IMG/VR virus record: IMGVR_UViG_3300025530_000020
Location: 1-44,035 of that record
Strand: one strand, 5' to 3'
Source of the DNA: a virus
Lineage: Duplodnaviria; Caudoviricetes
DNA length: 44,035 nucleotides
In this document: positions 27,960-37,217 of the stretch, piece by piece
Layout: the number at the start of each line of letters is the position of its first letter
Position numbering within the stretch: position 1 is the first letter of the stretch
Program-made: the position numbers and the translations under genes
Notes under the pieces: model-generated
Databases searched by the model: none
Told to the model about the DNA's origin: nothing
What the model saw: only the letters and a program-made list of their open reading frames with translations

Positions 27960-28160
27960 CTGACTGTGTTCTGGACTGAGTCAAATATTTCACTCTCACG
28001 CGCGAAGTGTTTTGAATAATTGGAACAATTGGAACAATTGCAGGTCAGAGGCCATTTCGGTGTGAAACATTTAACGCGTAATGATTCCAAAAGTCCCGAA
28101 CATTTCTCTCTAAGGGCCTTCGTGACACGATTTGAAACGATTGGCCTTCCAACGGGGTCC
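27960..28160. other. AT-rich intergenic region with 9-bp repeats; candidate replication origin
   Basis: AATAATTGGAACAATTGGAACAATTG at ~28015-28040, directly downstream of the helicase gene. Confidence 0.4.
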
Positions 28161-28168
28161 GCACACCC

Positions 28169-29740
28169 TCAGCCGGGGTAGTCTGGCAAACACCACGCTG
28201 TCTGGTGCGGCTTGCCCGGCTCCGGCCTGTTGATGATCTTCACCCGCAATCGTTTCCGCGCGCGATGCAATCGGGACTCGCTGATGTCGGCCTGCGCTTT
28301 CGCGTCCTGCTTCACTCGCGCGCTCGGCGCTGGCTGCTCAATCTCCAGGTAGCGTCGGAGCCATTCCACATCGGCGTTGCCGGTCACAACGTCCTGATCC
28401 TCGCTGTCTCCACCGAGATCGGCGATGGACAGACTTGAGGGACCGATGATTTCGAATCGCGGTAGCTCGGTGAACTGCCCGTCGTCGGTCTGAAGTTCCG
28501 TCACCGGCAGGTGGTACGCCAGCCTCAAATCCGTCGGGCCAGCGCTGTTCTTCACCTGCTCCAACACATGAGTGCCGTCACCGACAGGCGCGAAACCGAA
28601 CACGCAACGCGGCAACTCACCGAACGCGCTCGAACCATTGATCTGATCCATCACATCACGCACCTGCCCTTTACGCAGATGAGTCACCGCCACCACAATC
28701 CCGTTGATAGCCTGAGCAATCCGCACATACGGCTGAAGCAACGCGCGAACCTCGTTGTTACGGTTCACATCCGTGCCCTTGTCGATGGTCGCCATCACAG
28801 GATCGATGAACAACGCGCGAACATCGTTGTCCAACAACTCATCCGTCAACAACGCCTCGTCCCGGGTGCTCATGAACGATGTCTCGTGATCACCGATCCT
28901 CACGGTCGGTGTGAACACGTTCTCCAAATCCGCTCCCGCAGCGATCAATCCGGGCACAACCACCGCATCAAGTTGTTCCTCAGCCATCAACAGCGCAACC
29001 CGCATCGGATGACCGAACCACGCGCCGGGCAGTTCACCCTTGGAGATACGAGCCGCGAACCAGCGCACCGCAGTGGATTTCCCGGCAGCCGGTCGCCCGG
29101 CGAACATCGTCAAAGCACCGAGCTGTATGCGTCCCTGACCGTCGTACTCCCACACCCACATCGGCACACGCGTGCGCACTTGAGACAACCGGTGAAGTGA
29201 GACAACGCGATTGGCCACTTCGTCCGGAGCTTCGCCTCGACGCTTCCCGTGCGATGGGACGCCACCCGCCGATGCGGACTCAGACCCGTTGCGGAAGTTC
29301 TGACCGCTATTAGACGCGTGTTCAATAACCCCGATGTGGGACAAATCTCGCGGAAGCTGCTTTCCCGCAACAAGACCCGACTGAATCGTCGCCCGCACAC
29401 CACGCATACCGCCACCGGCACGGTCACGATGCAGACCGCAATCCACAGCCGCGCGAGTAAGACGCTCAACCACCCGCTGCTCGTCCAGAACACCAGCAGC
29501 CACAAGCTGACCCAGATTGAACGCAGCCACATTGAGCCGGGGATTACGCGAACCCTTAGGCGTCGCAGCGACTTCCGAGCATTCATCCTCAAGCGCCGAC
29601 TCCGCGTAAGCCAATTGCGCGGCGCGCAAATCGGAAACAGCAGCAGCCCTGCGCCTACGCTTCGCCGGAGGCGCCAACGCGGCGCGGCGAGCACGCTCCA
29701 ACGCCTCAGCCCGCGCAATCTCATCGGTGAAATCCGACAT
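28169..29740 (-). CDS. RepA/AAA-type helicase with N-terminal primase-C-terminal-like helical domain
   Basis: Walker A GRPAAGKS, LFIDP, VTHLRK, GSSAF and KNS motifs. N-terminus GSRNPRLNVAAFNLGQLV. Confidence 0.85.
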   Translation of the reverse strand: MSDFTDEIARAEALERARRAALAPPAKRRRRAAAVSDLRAAQLAYAESALEDECSEVAATPKGSRNPRLNVAAFNLGQLVAAGVLDEQRVVERLTRAAVDCGLHRDRAGGGMRGVRATIQSGLVAGKQLPRDLSHIGVIEHASNSGQNFRNGSESASAGGVPSHGKRRGEAPDEVANRVVSLHRLSQVRTRVPMWVWEYDGQGRIQLGALTMFAGRPAAGKSTAVRWFAARISKGELPGAWFGHPMRVALLMAEEQLDAVVVPGLIAAGADLENVFTPTVRIGDHETSFMSTRDEALLTDELLDNDVRALFIDPVMATIDKGTDVNRNNEVRALLQPYVRIAQAINGIVVAVTHLRKGQVRDVMDQINGSSAFGELPRCVFGFAPVGDGTHVLEQVKNSAGPTDLRLAYHLPVTELQTDDGQFTELPRFEIIGPSSLSIADLGGDSEDQDVVTGNADVEWLRRYLEIEQPAPSARVKQDAKAQADISESRLHRARKRLRVKIINRPEPGKPHQTAWCLPDYPG

Positions 29741-29895
29741 ATCAACCAACCACTTCCTTGTCGTGAAAAGCTCGCAGCCCCAACGCCGCAAAGGCGCCCG
29801 AACAGACCGTAGACGGACTGAAGCGGCTCACCGGCACAACCACACCAGCAAGCGCGCTTCAGCCCGTCACAGCGGCAACTCGGCGCCTCGATCTC

Positions 29896-30216
29896 TCACA
29901 CAGCCGTCGAACCGGTACCCGCGAACCACGGGCAATACGTCACCACAGCAGCAGCCACCACAGACGCCGATTCGTCCACCGACAGATACGGCGCATTCAG
30001 ATACACCGTCACCCCGACCTCACCGAGAGAACTACCACGAGCCAATTGCAGACAAACCCACTGCGCCACACTGATCGCCGAATCCGCTGAGGTATACGAA
30101 ATCCCAGCCTCGTTCAGCAGATACAGGTACTGAGCATCCTGCTGCGGCGTACCCTCGGCGGGCGCCGCGAACCACAAACCCAATGCCGTAAACAGCGCCG
30201 CCACAATCGTTTTCAT
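29896..30216 (-). CDS. DUF732-family secreted protein
   Basis: Signal peptide followed by D..YL..L...GI....AI..A..VC..L..G......AV..YCP. Confidence 0.8.
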   Translation of the reverse strand: MKTIVAALFTALGLWFAAPAEGTPQQDAQYLYLLNEAGISYTSADSAISVAQWVCLQLARGSSLGEVGVTVYLNAPYLSVDESASVVAAAVVTYCPWFAGTGSTAV

Positions 30217-31148
30217 CACCAAACCTCCAATCCACTCTGTTGACCACAGATAGGTGTGTTGCGCCACGAATCGGCGCGGTGACGCATCAACTGCTCGGCG
30301 GCCGCGTACTCGTCCCGCCACCGGTCCCGGTGGGCGTCGGGCCAGTCGGCGGCTCGCCGGTCAACCTCGGCGGCCAGTTCGCCGAGGGTGCCGTCCCAGC
30401 AGCCGATGTTGAGGTGATGGCCGGTGTCAGTGCGGGCCAGTGTGATCCACTGGTTTGCTGATCCGATGGGGCCGATGACCAGAATGTCCTGGGGTGCGCA
30501 CACCCGCGCGTCACCGAGCACGTACGCGTAGCCGGACACCTGCGCGTCGCCGAACACCCGGGCGTTACCGGACACCCGCGCGTCGCCGAACACGCACGCG
30601 TTGTCGGACACCCACGCGTCGCCGAACACCTGTGCGTCGCCGAACACCCACGCGTCGCCGAACACCCGCGCGTCGCCGAACACCCACGCGTCGCCGAACA
30701 CGCGCGCGTTGCCGGACACCCGGGCGTTACCGGACACCCGGGCGTTACCGGACACCCGGGCGTCGCCGGACACCCGGGCGTCGCCGAACACCCGGGCGTT
30801 ATCGAACACCCACGCGTCGCCGGACACCCACGCGTTACCGAACACCTGCGCGCGACCGGACACCCGCGCGTCACCGAACACCCGGGCGTCACCGGACACC
30901 CACGCGCCGCCGGACACCCACGCGACGCCGGACACCCGGGCGTCGCCGAACACCCGGGCGTCACCGGACACCCGCGCGTTACCGGACACCCACGCGCGGT
31001 CGAACACGTTGTCGGTGGACTCCACCCAGCCACCCAAATCCCCGGCCTCCACACCATGCTCCGGCAAATCACGAACCGCGCGAATCCGGTGCAGCACAAC
31101 CCCATTCGGCGTGGCCATCGTCTCATCAGTCAACTCAAAAAGACTCAC
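30216..31148 (-). CDS. Hexapeptide-repeat (left-handed beta-helix) protein
   Basis: LHRIRAVRD..GDLGGWVES N-terminus followed by about 28 G[DN]A[RWQ]V[SF] repeats. Confidence 0.85.
   Translation of the reverse strand: MSLFELTDETMATPNGVVLHRIRAVRDLPEHGVEAGDLGGWVESTDNVFDRAWVSGNARVSGDARVFGDARVSGVAWVSGGAWVSGDARVFGDARVSGRAQVFGNAWVSGDAWVFDNARVFGDARVSGDARVSGNARVSGNARVSGNARVFGDAWVFGDARVFGDAWVFGDAQVFGDAWVSDNACVFGDARVSGNARVFGDAQVSGYAYVLGDARVCAPQDILVIGPIGSANQWITLARTDTGHHLNIGCWDGTLGELAAEVDRRAADWPDAHRDRWRDEYAAAEQLMRHRADSWRNTPICGQQSGLEVW
30500..31000. repeat. 18-bp coding tandem repeat array
   Basis: Units like CCG(G/A)ACACCC(G/A)(G/C)GCGT(C/T)(G/A) encode the hexapeptides. Confidence 0.9.
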
Positions 31149-31254
31149 CGGTCACCCCCCATCGGACCGATGTACTCAGTCGTATTCGCCATTGCCCTGA
31201 ACCTCCTTGTCCCTCAAATGGTTCGCCACAGGTGCGCAACAAGTGCGCACCCGG

Positions 31255-31407
31255 TCACGATGCGATGTCGTCCAGCAGCGCCGTCAACCTGTTCGACAGC
31301 GACATCGGACTCAATGAATGCCTGTCCGTTCCGGCCACGAACCCGGCCATGAACGCCGCCACGATCATGTCGCGCAACTCGCTGTCCTTCCGGCAACTAC
31401 AGGTCAA
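31255..31407 (-). CDS. Small hypothetical protein
   Basis: TTG start after AAGGAG. LTCSCRKDSELRDMIVAAFMAGF. Confidence 0.5.
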   Translation of the reverse strand: MTCSCRKDSELRDMIVAAFMAGFVAGTDRHSLSPMSLSNRLTALLDDIAS

Positions 31408-31439
31408 CCGTGAACTCCTTTCCCTCACTTCGCTTTCCG

Positions 31440-31538
31440 TCACTCGTCGCGGTCCTCTCCGCACGCGGCGCAATACTCGTCCTCGACGAAATTCAGCTCA
31501 CCGCAGTGCGGGCATTCCCACTCATTGCGCAGCAACAT
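31440..31538 (-). CDS. 32-aa stand-alone RanBP2-type zinc finger peptide
   Basis: Not in the ORF track. AAGGAGG RBS; MLLRNEWECPHCGELNFVEDEYCAACGEDRDE. Confidence 0.65.
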   Translation of the reverse strand: MLLRNEWECPHCGELNFVEDEYCAACGEDRDE

Positions 31539-31628
31539 CACCCGTCCTCCTTCCATTGACTCGTATGCGCCTCAACGCATTTCAGCTACGCGTGATCGAA
31601 CATCGCCACGACAAAGCCAACTGCGCGG

Positions 31629-32612
31629 TCATGCACCATCCCCGAAATCGAGTGCCGCATCACGTAAGCGGGTTTTTAGTGCGAGGTCGTGGTATGCGGG
31701 GTTGATGTCGATGCCGATGTACTTTCGGCCGGTGCGTTGTGCGGCGAGTCCGGTGGTGCCGGAGCCGCTGAACGGGTCGAGGACGGTGCCGCCGGGTTTG
31801 CATCCGGCCAGAATGCAGCGCTGCGGCAACTCCGGCGGGAACACCGCGAAATGCGCACCCGGGAACTTCTGCGTCGGGATCGACCACACGTCGCCGGGGT
31901 TGCGCCCGTGCTCGTTGTACGTGCCGTCCCAATTGCCCTGACGTGTACCTGTGGCCTGTGAGACGTAGGAATCGTTACCACGTTTGAACAACCCACCCTT
32001 TACATTTGGTGGTGCCACAAGCGGCTCGCGGATCGGATCGAGGTCGAACCAGTACCGCCGCGACTTGCTGAACAGAAACACGAACTCATAGCGGCTGCTC
32101 AGCCGGTCGGTGACACTTTCGGGCATGGCGTTCGGTTTTTGCCAGATGACCGCGTTACGCAGAATCCAACCGTCATCCTGCAACGCGAACGCCACCCGCC
32201 ACGGCACACCAACAAGATTCTTCGGAGGGATGTTCTCGGCGAGTAGTGCTTTCTTCATCTTCTGTTGGCGGTCTCTGCGACGGTCTAGCCCCGCATCGGC
32301 TTTCCATTTGTCGCCGTTTATGTCGTGGTTTCCGTAGCCAGAACCGGCGTATGAATCGCCGATGTTGAGCCAGAGTGTGCCGTCGTCAGCCAGGACGCGC
32401 CGCAGTTCCGCAAACAGTGCGCGCATCCGCTCCACATATTCGGCGGGTGAGTATTCCAGCCCGTACTGGCCTTCGACGCCGTAGTCGCGCAGCCCGAAAT
32501 ACGGCGGGCTGGTGACAATGCAATCCGCTGCACCATCAGGCAACTCGCGCGCGACAGCGAGCGCGTCACCGTGGTACAGCGTCACCTGGTCGTCGGAGTA
32601 GTAGACGCTCAC
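31629..32612 (-). CDS. N4-cytosine/N6-adenine DNA methyltransferase (beta class)
   Basis: TSPPY precedes [14 protein letters not shown] 32612 after AGGAG. Confidence 0.93.
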   Translation of the reverse strand: MSVYYSDDQVTLYHGDALAVARELPDGAADCIVTSPPYFGLRDYGVEGQYGLEYSPAEYVERMRALFAELRRVLADDGTLWLNIGDSYAGSGYGNHDINGDKWKADAGLDRRRDRQQKMKKALLAENIPPKNLVGVPWRVAFALQDDGWILRNAVIWQKPNAMPESVTDRLSSRYEFVFLFSKSRRYWFDLDPIREPLVAPPNVKGGLFKRGNDSYVSQATGTRQGNWDGTYNEHGRNPGDVWSIPTQKFPGAHFAVFPPELPQRCILAGCKPGGTVLDPFSGSGTTGLAAQRTGRKYIGIDINPAYHDLALKTRLRDAALDFGDGA

Positions 32613-32673
32613 GTGTTCTCCTGTCGTATTGCGTAGGGGCATCTTGGTGCGTTCTGTTGCGGAACAGCATGAT

Positions 32674-33150
32674 TCAGCACCGCTTACCGCCGTGCCGGTG
32701 CGGACGCGTACCGTTGTAGCGATGCTTTGCCAGGAACGCTTCAGCCAGCGGCACATGAAAGCCCTGACACAGGTCGAACAACCGGATCAACACATCAGCG
32801 AATTCGCTTGCCACGCCGACAGGTTTCGCGGTCTCCGGCATGAAACTCGCATCGCCGTCGGCAAGATGCCTGCCGTTCTCGTCGATGAAAGACACGCTGC
32901 GCATATCGTCGCCCTCGCGGTACGCCTCAAGCGCCTCGGACAATTCACTATGAATCAGCGCCACAGCCTCGCCGAAGTTCCGCATGCCACGCCCGTCCCA
33001 CCAGCCCTTGAAACGTGAACGTCGGTAGCACGCGAACTGCATAACAGCCAAACCCAATGCGACAGCGACATATCCGTCGGCGGTCAGGTCGCCGTTGTGC
33101 TTGACATACTTCAACAGAGCCTCCCGATTAAGGGCATCGTCATCAGCCAT
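32674..33150 (-). CDS. MazG-like nucleotide pyrophosphohydrolase
   Basis: [34 protein letters not shown]. Confidence 0.85.
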   Translation of the reverse strand: MADDDALNREALLKYVKHNGDLTADGYVAVALGLAVMQFACYRRSRFKGWWDGRGMRNFGEAVALIHSELSEALEAYREGDDMRSVSFIDENGRHLADGDASFMPETAKPVGVASEFADVLIRLFDLCQGFHVPLAEAFLAKHRYNGTRPHRHGGKRC

Positions 33151-33188
33151 GATCGTTGTATTCCTCTCGCTTGCTTGGTAATTCGGTT

Positions 33189-33629
33189 CTACTCACTGCT
33201 GCTCGCCGTCAGGTCAACCACGCTCGGCTCACCCTGCCCGTCGAAATCCGTCCAGCCGGAACGTTTCAGCCGGATAGCCATAGCCATCGCCTCGTCCCGG
33301 CCTTCCCACGCCGGTATGCTCACCTTCTTGCCGTTGCGGCACGCCCGCACGATGTACCGCAGCCGCCGCCGAGTGGGACGCAACGGCGCCTGCTTCGGCT
33401 CCGGTGATTTCTGTTGCGCCGCTTTCGATTCCGCGCGCAGCTTCTCGCGCTGCTTCTGCCACTCCGACTTCCGTGGCCTGCCGTTGCGGTACCGGCCTGC
33501 CGCTTCGATCTCCTTGGGGCTGCGGCGATTGCGCTGCCGAGTACACGGATCGACGAGGCAATGGTGCGCATTCGTCGTCGGGTCCGTGCAGCCGGAGCAC
33601 AAGCACGGGCACCGTTTCGGTTTCGTCAT
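33189..33629 (-). CDS. Hypothetical basic Cys-containing protein
   Basis: MTKPKRCPCLCSGC..HHC..C. An overlapping frame (33229-33612) is an alternative. Confidence 0.45.
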   Translation of the reverse strand: MTKPKRCPCLCSGCTDPTTNAHHCLVDPCTRQRNRRSPKEIEAAGRYRNGRPRKSEWQKQREKLRAESKAAQQKSPEPKQAPLRPTRRRLRYIVRACRNGKKVSIPAWEGRDEAMAMAIRLKRSGWTDFDGQGEPSVVDLTASSSE

Positions 33630-33810
33630 CGCCGAATTCCCCTGCCTAGCAATGATTCGAAATCCATTGGCAGCCCTTTCATCCGAGCCAGAACCACAGA
33701 ACACAGATCAACGCGAGGATTGACGACACGATGATGGCCCCCGTTACGGGCGACATCACACCTCCTTGAAATCCATTGGTACTTCTTCTATTTCGGTGGC
33801 TGCAACGCGG

Positions 33811-34368
33811 TTACCGCTGAATTCGTTTGCCTAGCATGGCGTTCCATTGCGCCTTGACCCAGCTCACGTCACCGGCTGCGGTGTGCCGGTCGAACATTGT
33901 CGGGTCGACACCGACGAGCCGCGACAGCCCGTCCGACGTGATCTCCGAGACACTCGCTCTCGTGGCGACATAGCCGAGCGCTACCGCCGTGATATCGATC
34001 AGCCGGTAGTGCCATTCGGGTTTGAATCCGTGCCGCAACAGCAGCCGTTCGATCCGCGTCGTGTCGAACGACGGCACGGCGCCGACAATCGTTGCGCCTC
34101 TTGTGATTTCGTGAATCAGGTGTGCGGCGACGTACTCGTCGACAGCTTTCGGCTCGGAATACCGTGCGCGGTAGTCGTCCACGAACGGCGACGGCAGACT
34201 GTCGAGCCAATCGCCGGGATCGTGTCTGATGAACATGTTCAGCGCCTCGTCCGCGTCAAGCAGCAGGCGACCGGGTTCGACGTTGTTGTACCGCTGCGCC
34301 GAGAATTCCCAGATCGGCGAATCCAGCGACAGCCCAAGGGTTTCCGTGTCCAGGAACACGAGGTCCAT
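33811..34368 (-). CDS. DnaQ/DEDDh 3'-5' exonuclease
   Basis: FLDTETLGL, GAVPSFD, WHYRLID and HTAAGD motifs. Confidence 0.88.
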   Translation of the reverse strand: MDLVFLDTETLGLSLDSPIWEFSAQRYNNVEPGRLLLDADEALNMFIRHDPGDWLDSLPSPFVDDYRARYSEPKAVDEYVAAHLIHEITRGATIVGAVPSFDTTRIERLLLRHGFKPEWHYRLIDITAVALGYVATRASVSEITSDGLSRLVGVDPTMFDRHTAAGDVSWVKAQWNAMLGKRIQR

Positions 34369-34379
34369 TGGTGGTCCTC

Positions 34380-34835
34380 TCACTTCAGTACTGCGGGATC
34401 GATGTGATATCGGTGGGTGAACCGTGGATCGAACGGTGATGCGGCAGCATCGCCGAATCGCCAGCGTTCACCGGATTGCCTTGCCTCAATGCGTATTCCG
34501 GCGACCTGAGCAACCATGTGCTGACTGTTCGTGCCGATGATGAACAGGTCGTCGGGCCTCGCGCCGGGAATGGCGTGCGGCCATTGACCGGCGATGAGGC
34601 TGTGCGTGTTGCCGAAACGCTTGGGCGGCAAACCCATTGCCAGCGACTGCGCCACAGACACAAGCCCTGAGCAGTCGGCTTCGCTGAGATTCGCTGCGCC
34701 GTAACGGTAGTGGCCGTTGGCGTCCTGTAGCCGCTGAACAACATGATGCAGCGACGGTCTGGCATCGGCTGGTGGCGTGACGCACGCAAGTACGCCTAGC
34801 GCCGCCGTCAAGGCGCAGGCGATCCTCCGGGTCAC
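34380..34835 (-). CDS. Secreted NlpC/P60-like cysteine peptidase
   Basis: Signal peptide; YRYGA..DCSGLVS..HMVA...IEAR. Confidence 0.8.
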   Translation of the reverse strand: MTRRIACALTAALGVLACVTPPADARPSLHHVVQRLQDANGHYRYGAANLSEADCSGLVSVAQSLAMGLPPKRFGNTHSLIAGQWPHAIPGARPDDLFIIGTNSQHMVAQVAGIRIEARQSGERWRFGDAAASPFDPRFTHRYHIDPAVLK

Positions 34836-35125
34836 GGTTTCTCAATGACGCCAGCCTCCGCCTGCTCGAAATATGTTGCGCGGTCCAGCAATTCGCGGAT
34901 GATGGCGTTATCGTCAGGTTGCCGCCCGATGCCCGCCTCCGACAACAATTGGTCAATCCTCGCAGCGGCGCGCCGCATGAGCCACGAAGTCTTCTGATAG
35001 ACAGGGTCTTTCGCTGCCGCGTAGCGCGGCGCGCCGGTCCGCACGCGATGCTCGGCGATGACAATCCGCAGTATCGACAGATCGTCGTCGCTGAGGTCTT
35101 TTGTCGACAAAACTCTTTCAATCAT
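34832..35125 (-). CDS. Hypothetical protein
   Basis: 97-aa ORF with 4-nt overlaps on both sides. Confidence 0.6.
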   Translation of the reverse strand: MIERVLSTKDLSDDDLSILRIVIAEHRVRTGAPRYAAAKDPVYQKTSWLMRRAAARIDQLLSEAGIGRQPDDNAIIRELLDRATYFEQAEAGVIEKP

Positions 35126-35307
35126 GCTCGGCTCCCAACCACGGGGCGGTAGATGCCGTCATCAGACCAATTCACCTTGAACACAGCTGGTATCGGATTG
35201 GCCACCGCGCGATACTTCCATCCTTCCCTCAACGCGTGTCTCCCAACGACGGATGAATCCGGGGTCGGCGTCCACCCGTTCGGCATTCCCTCGTTGTGCT
35301 TTCCCAT
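35122..35307 (-). CDS. Hypothetical protein
   Basis: GGAG RBS. MGKHNEG..VGRHAL. Overlaps the Prim-Pol 3' end. Confidence 0.5.
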   Translation of the reverse strand: MGKHNEGMPNGWTPTPDSSVVGRHALREGWKYRAVANPIPAVFKVNWSDDGIYRPVVGSRA

Positions 35308-36067
35308 TCCTGTTCTCTCCCTTCAGTTTCGGGCTTGGTGACACAAGCCATGAGTAGGAGCGTCCACGCCCGCCGAGTAGCGACGGCGGCGCCACGATAT
35401 ATCCGCCACGGCCCCGGTAGTCCACGCCGGGCGCTATCTCAAATTTGCTGGCCCAATTACCTTTCCCTGTGGGCGGCACGATCATGTGCATGCCGCCGTG
35501 CGCTGTGACGGCTATGCCATGCACATCGGGAAGATGCAGATGTGTGCGTGTTCTCTCGCTGCATCGGCAGTCAATTCTGTTGCGCGCCAACAGTTCCAGC
35601 CACGACATCGTTCCACCTTTGTCCGGGTCGATGTCGATCACGTCGAACGCGACGCCGGTCGCTATGCCGATGTTGTGCTGCGGGTATCGCGACCACCAGC
35701 GGTCCACCCGCTCGACGTCGGTCGTGGCGTCGTGAAATCCTCTGCCGCCCTTTGATTTAGGGATGGCGGGCAGTTTCGAGCGTCTGCCGAGCGGGAAGAC
35801 GGGCCATCCCCACTCCGCGTACAGCATCGCCGCCTTGTGCAGGTTCGGCGCCCGATTCTCCAGCCGCTCAATTTCTTTGGCGGTCAGTTGTTCCGTTCGC
35901 CGGTCCTCGGCGAGGACTGCGCTGAGCCACCCGTGTGCGAGTGATTCGAGCTTGGTCGGCTGTGGTTCGCAGCATGGGTGCGTGGTGTCGAACGGGTCGA
36001 CAACCCGCATGGTCTGCTGGCAGCTCCGGCACGTCGAGTAGACGCGCACCTGTCCGTCGAACAGCAA
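35162..36067 (-). CDS. Bifunctional DNA primase/polymerase (Prim-Pol domain)
   Basis: A..YAEWGWPVFPL..K.P, GFHDATTD, NIGIATG..FDVIDID, GGMH and DYRGRGGYIVAPPS motifs. Confidence 0.92.
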   Translation of the reverse strand: MLFDGQVRVYSTCRSCQQTMRVVDPFDTTHPCCEPQPTKLESLAHGWLSAVLAEDRRTEQLTAKEIERLENRAPNLHKAAMLYAEWGWPVFPLGRRSKLPAIPKSKGGRGFHDATTDVERVDRWWSRYPQHNIGIATGVAFDVIDIDPDKGGTMSWLELLARNRIDCRCSERTRTHLHLPDVHGIAVTAHGGMHMIVPPTGKGNWASKFEIAPGVDYRGRGGYIVAPPSLLGGRGRSYSWLVSPSPKLKGENRNGKAQRGNAERVDADPGFIRRWETRVEGRMEVSRGGQSDTSCVQGELV

Positions 36068-36079
36068 TTGCGTTGATCC

Positions 36080-36235
36080 TCAATAGAAGGCGTTGTTGTA
36101 GATGCCGCTGTAGCGTTCGTGACCGTTGGGCATGTACACGGTCTGCTCGCCGAACTTTCCGTCGTCCGGCTCGTAAATGGTGCAGCCGCAACGGCATTCG
36201 TTTTGATGTTCAGAATGTCCGCAGACGCAATTCAT
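36080..36235 (-). CDS. Small Cys/His-rich protein
   Basis: MNCVCGHSEHQNECRCGCTIYEP. Confidence 0.55.
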   Translation of the reverse strand: MNCVCGHSEHQNECRCGCTIYEPDDGKFGEQTVYMPNGHERYSGIYNNAFY

Positions 36236-36269
36236 TTCGCGGGTCTTGATGTTTGCAGGCCCGAGCCGG

Positions 36270-36300
36270 GGCCTGGTGCGCAATGGTTGCGCACCAGGCC
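36270..36300. terminator. Intergenic hairpin after the SSB-like gene
   Basis: GGCCTGGTGCGCAA-TGG-TTGCGCACCAGGCC, a 14-bp stem. Confidence 0.55.
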
Positions 36301-36320
36301 GGGCGCCGGAATCTGTTGTG

Positions 36321-36725
36321 TCAGAACGGAGGTTCGTCGTCGTCCTGAGTCGCACCGCCGGAACGGTCGATCTGGACACTGAACCCCTTGACCGTGCCGT
36401 TCTGAGTCTTGACCAGCTCCGAAAGGGTGATCTTGATCTTGTCGCCAGCCTTTGGCTCCGCCTTCCGAATCTTCTTCTTCAATTGCACTTGGCCGCAAGA
36501 CAGTTGGACAATCTCACCAGCGTCGTAGTCGGTGCGGTCGCCCTCCTTGTTGAACGACGCAGCCCGTTCGGTCAGCTCGACCTCAAGGTACGGGCACGGC
36601 TGTCCACCGAAATCTGTTGCGCCAGTCGGGTCGTAGTCAACGACAATGCCGGTGACGTGCTGGCCCTCCTTGGTGCCCCAGCCGATGAACTGCCCAGCGG
36701 GGACGTCGATTTCCTCCCATGCCAT
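36321..36725 (-). CDS. Putative single-stranded DNA-binding protein
   Basis: OB-like beta pattern and an acidic C-terminal tail DDDEPPF. Replication module context. Confidence 0.7.
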   Translation of the reverse strand: MAWEEIDVPAGQFIGWGTKEGQHVTGIVVDYDPTGATDFGGQPCPYLEVELTERAASFNKEGDRTDYDAGEIVQLSCGQVQLKKKIRKAEPKAGDKIKITLSELVKTQNGTVKGFSVQIDRSGGATQDDDEPPF

Positions 36726-36828
36726 TTTCGTATTTCTCCTATCTGTCGGTGTCTCAGATTTCCTGGCCCGCTGAGACTTTCGGGCTAGGTTGTGGGTGCG
36801 AGATCAATGCGCCGGATAGCTGTTGTCG

Positions 36829-37056
36829 CTAGCCGACTACGACCGCGTCGCGCAGTGCCCGCACAACGGTGACTGGGTACTTCGGTCGCCACACCCTGTT
36901 GATGTGGTCGGCCACAGCGGCGGCGGCCTCGAATGTCCTGTAGGCGTAAGGACTTACCCGGTATCCGGACGGTTTGACCAGTCCTCCGTACACGCTGTAC
37001 CGCAGGGCGGTCTCGGTGTCCCGGTAGTAGTGCAATGCGTATGCCATTCGACTCAT
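36829..37056 (-). CDS. Hypothetical protein
   Basis: AGGAGG RBS and a 4-nt overlap. Confidence 0.55.
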   Translation of the reverse strand: MSRMAYALHYYRDTETALRYSVYGGLVKPSGYRVSPYAYRTFEAAAAVADHINRVWRPKYPVTVVRALRDAVVVG

Positions 37057-37199
37057 TCCTCCTTCCCATCGTCGTCGACGACACGGCAGTTGTGCAGGAA
37101 CGCTTCAACCCACAGGGAACCGGAATGCTTGTGCCGCTTGAGAATTCGCAGCGCCTCAACGAGGGCCTGCTGTTCGCGGCTGGTGATCTTCGGGAGCAT
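37053..37199 (-). CDS. Small hypothetical protein
   Basis: MLPKITSREQQALVEALRIL... Confidence 0.5.
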   Translation of the reverse strand: MLPKITSREQQALVEALRILKRHKHSGSLWVEAFLHNCRVVDDDGKEE

Positions 37200-37217
37200 C
37201 AAGCCCCCAATAAATGG

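Noticed and set aside
30500-31000. Diversity-generating retroelement repeats
   Set aside because: There is no reverse transcriptase and no TR/VR pair with adenine-specific differences. It is a simple coding tandem repeat.
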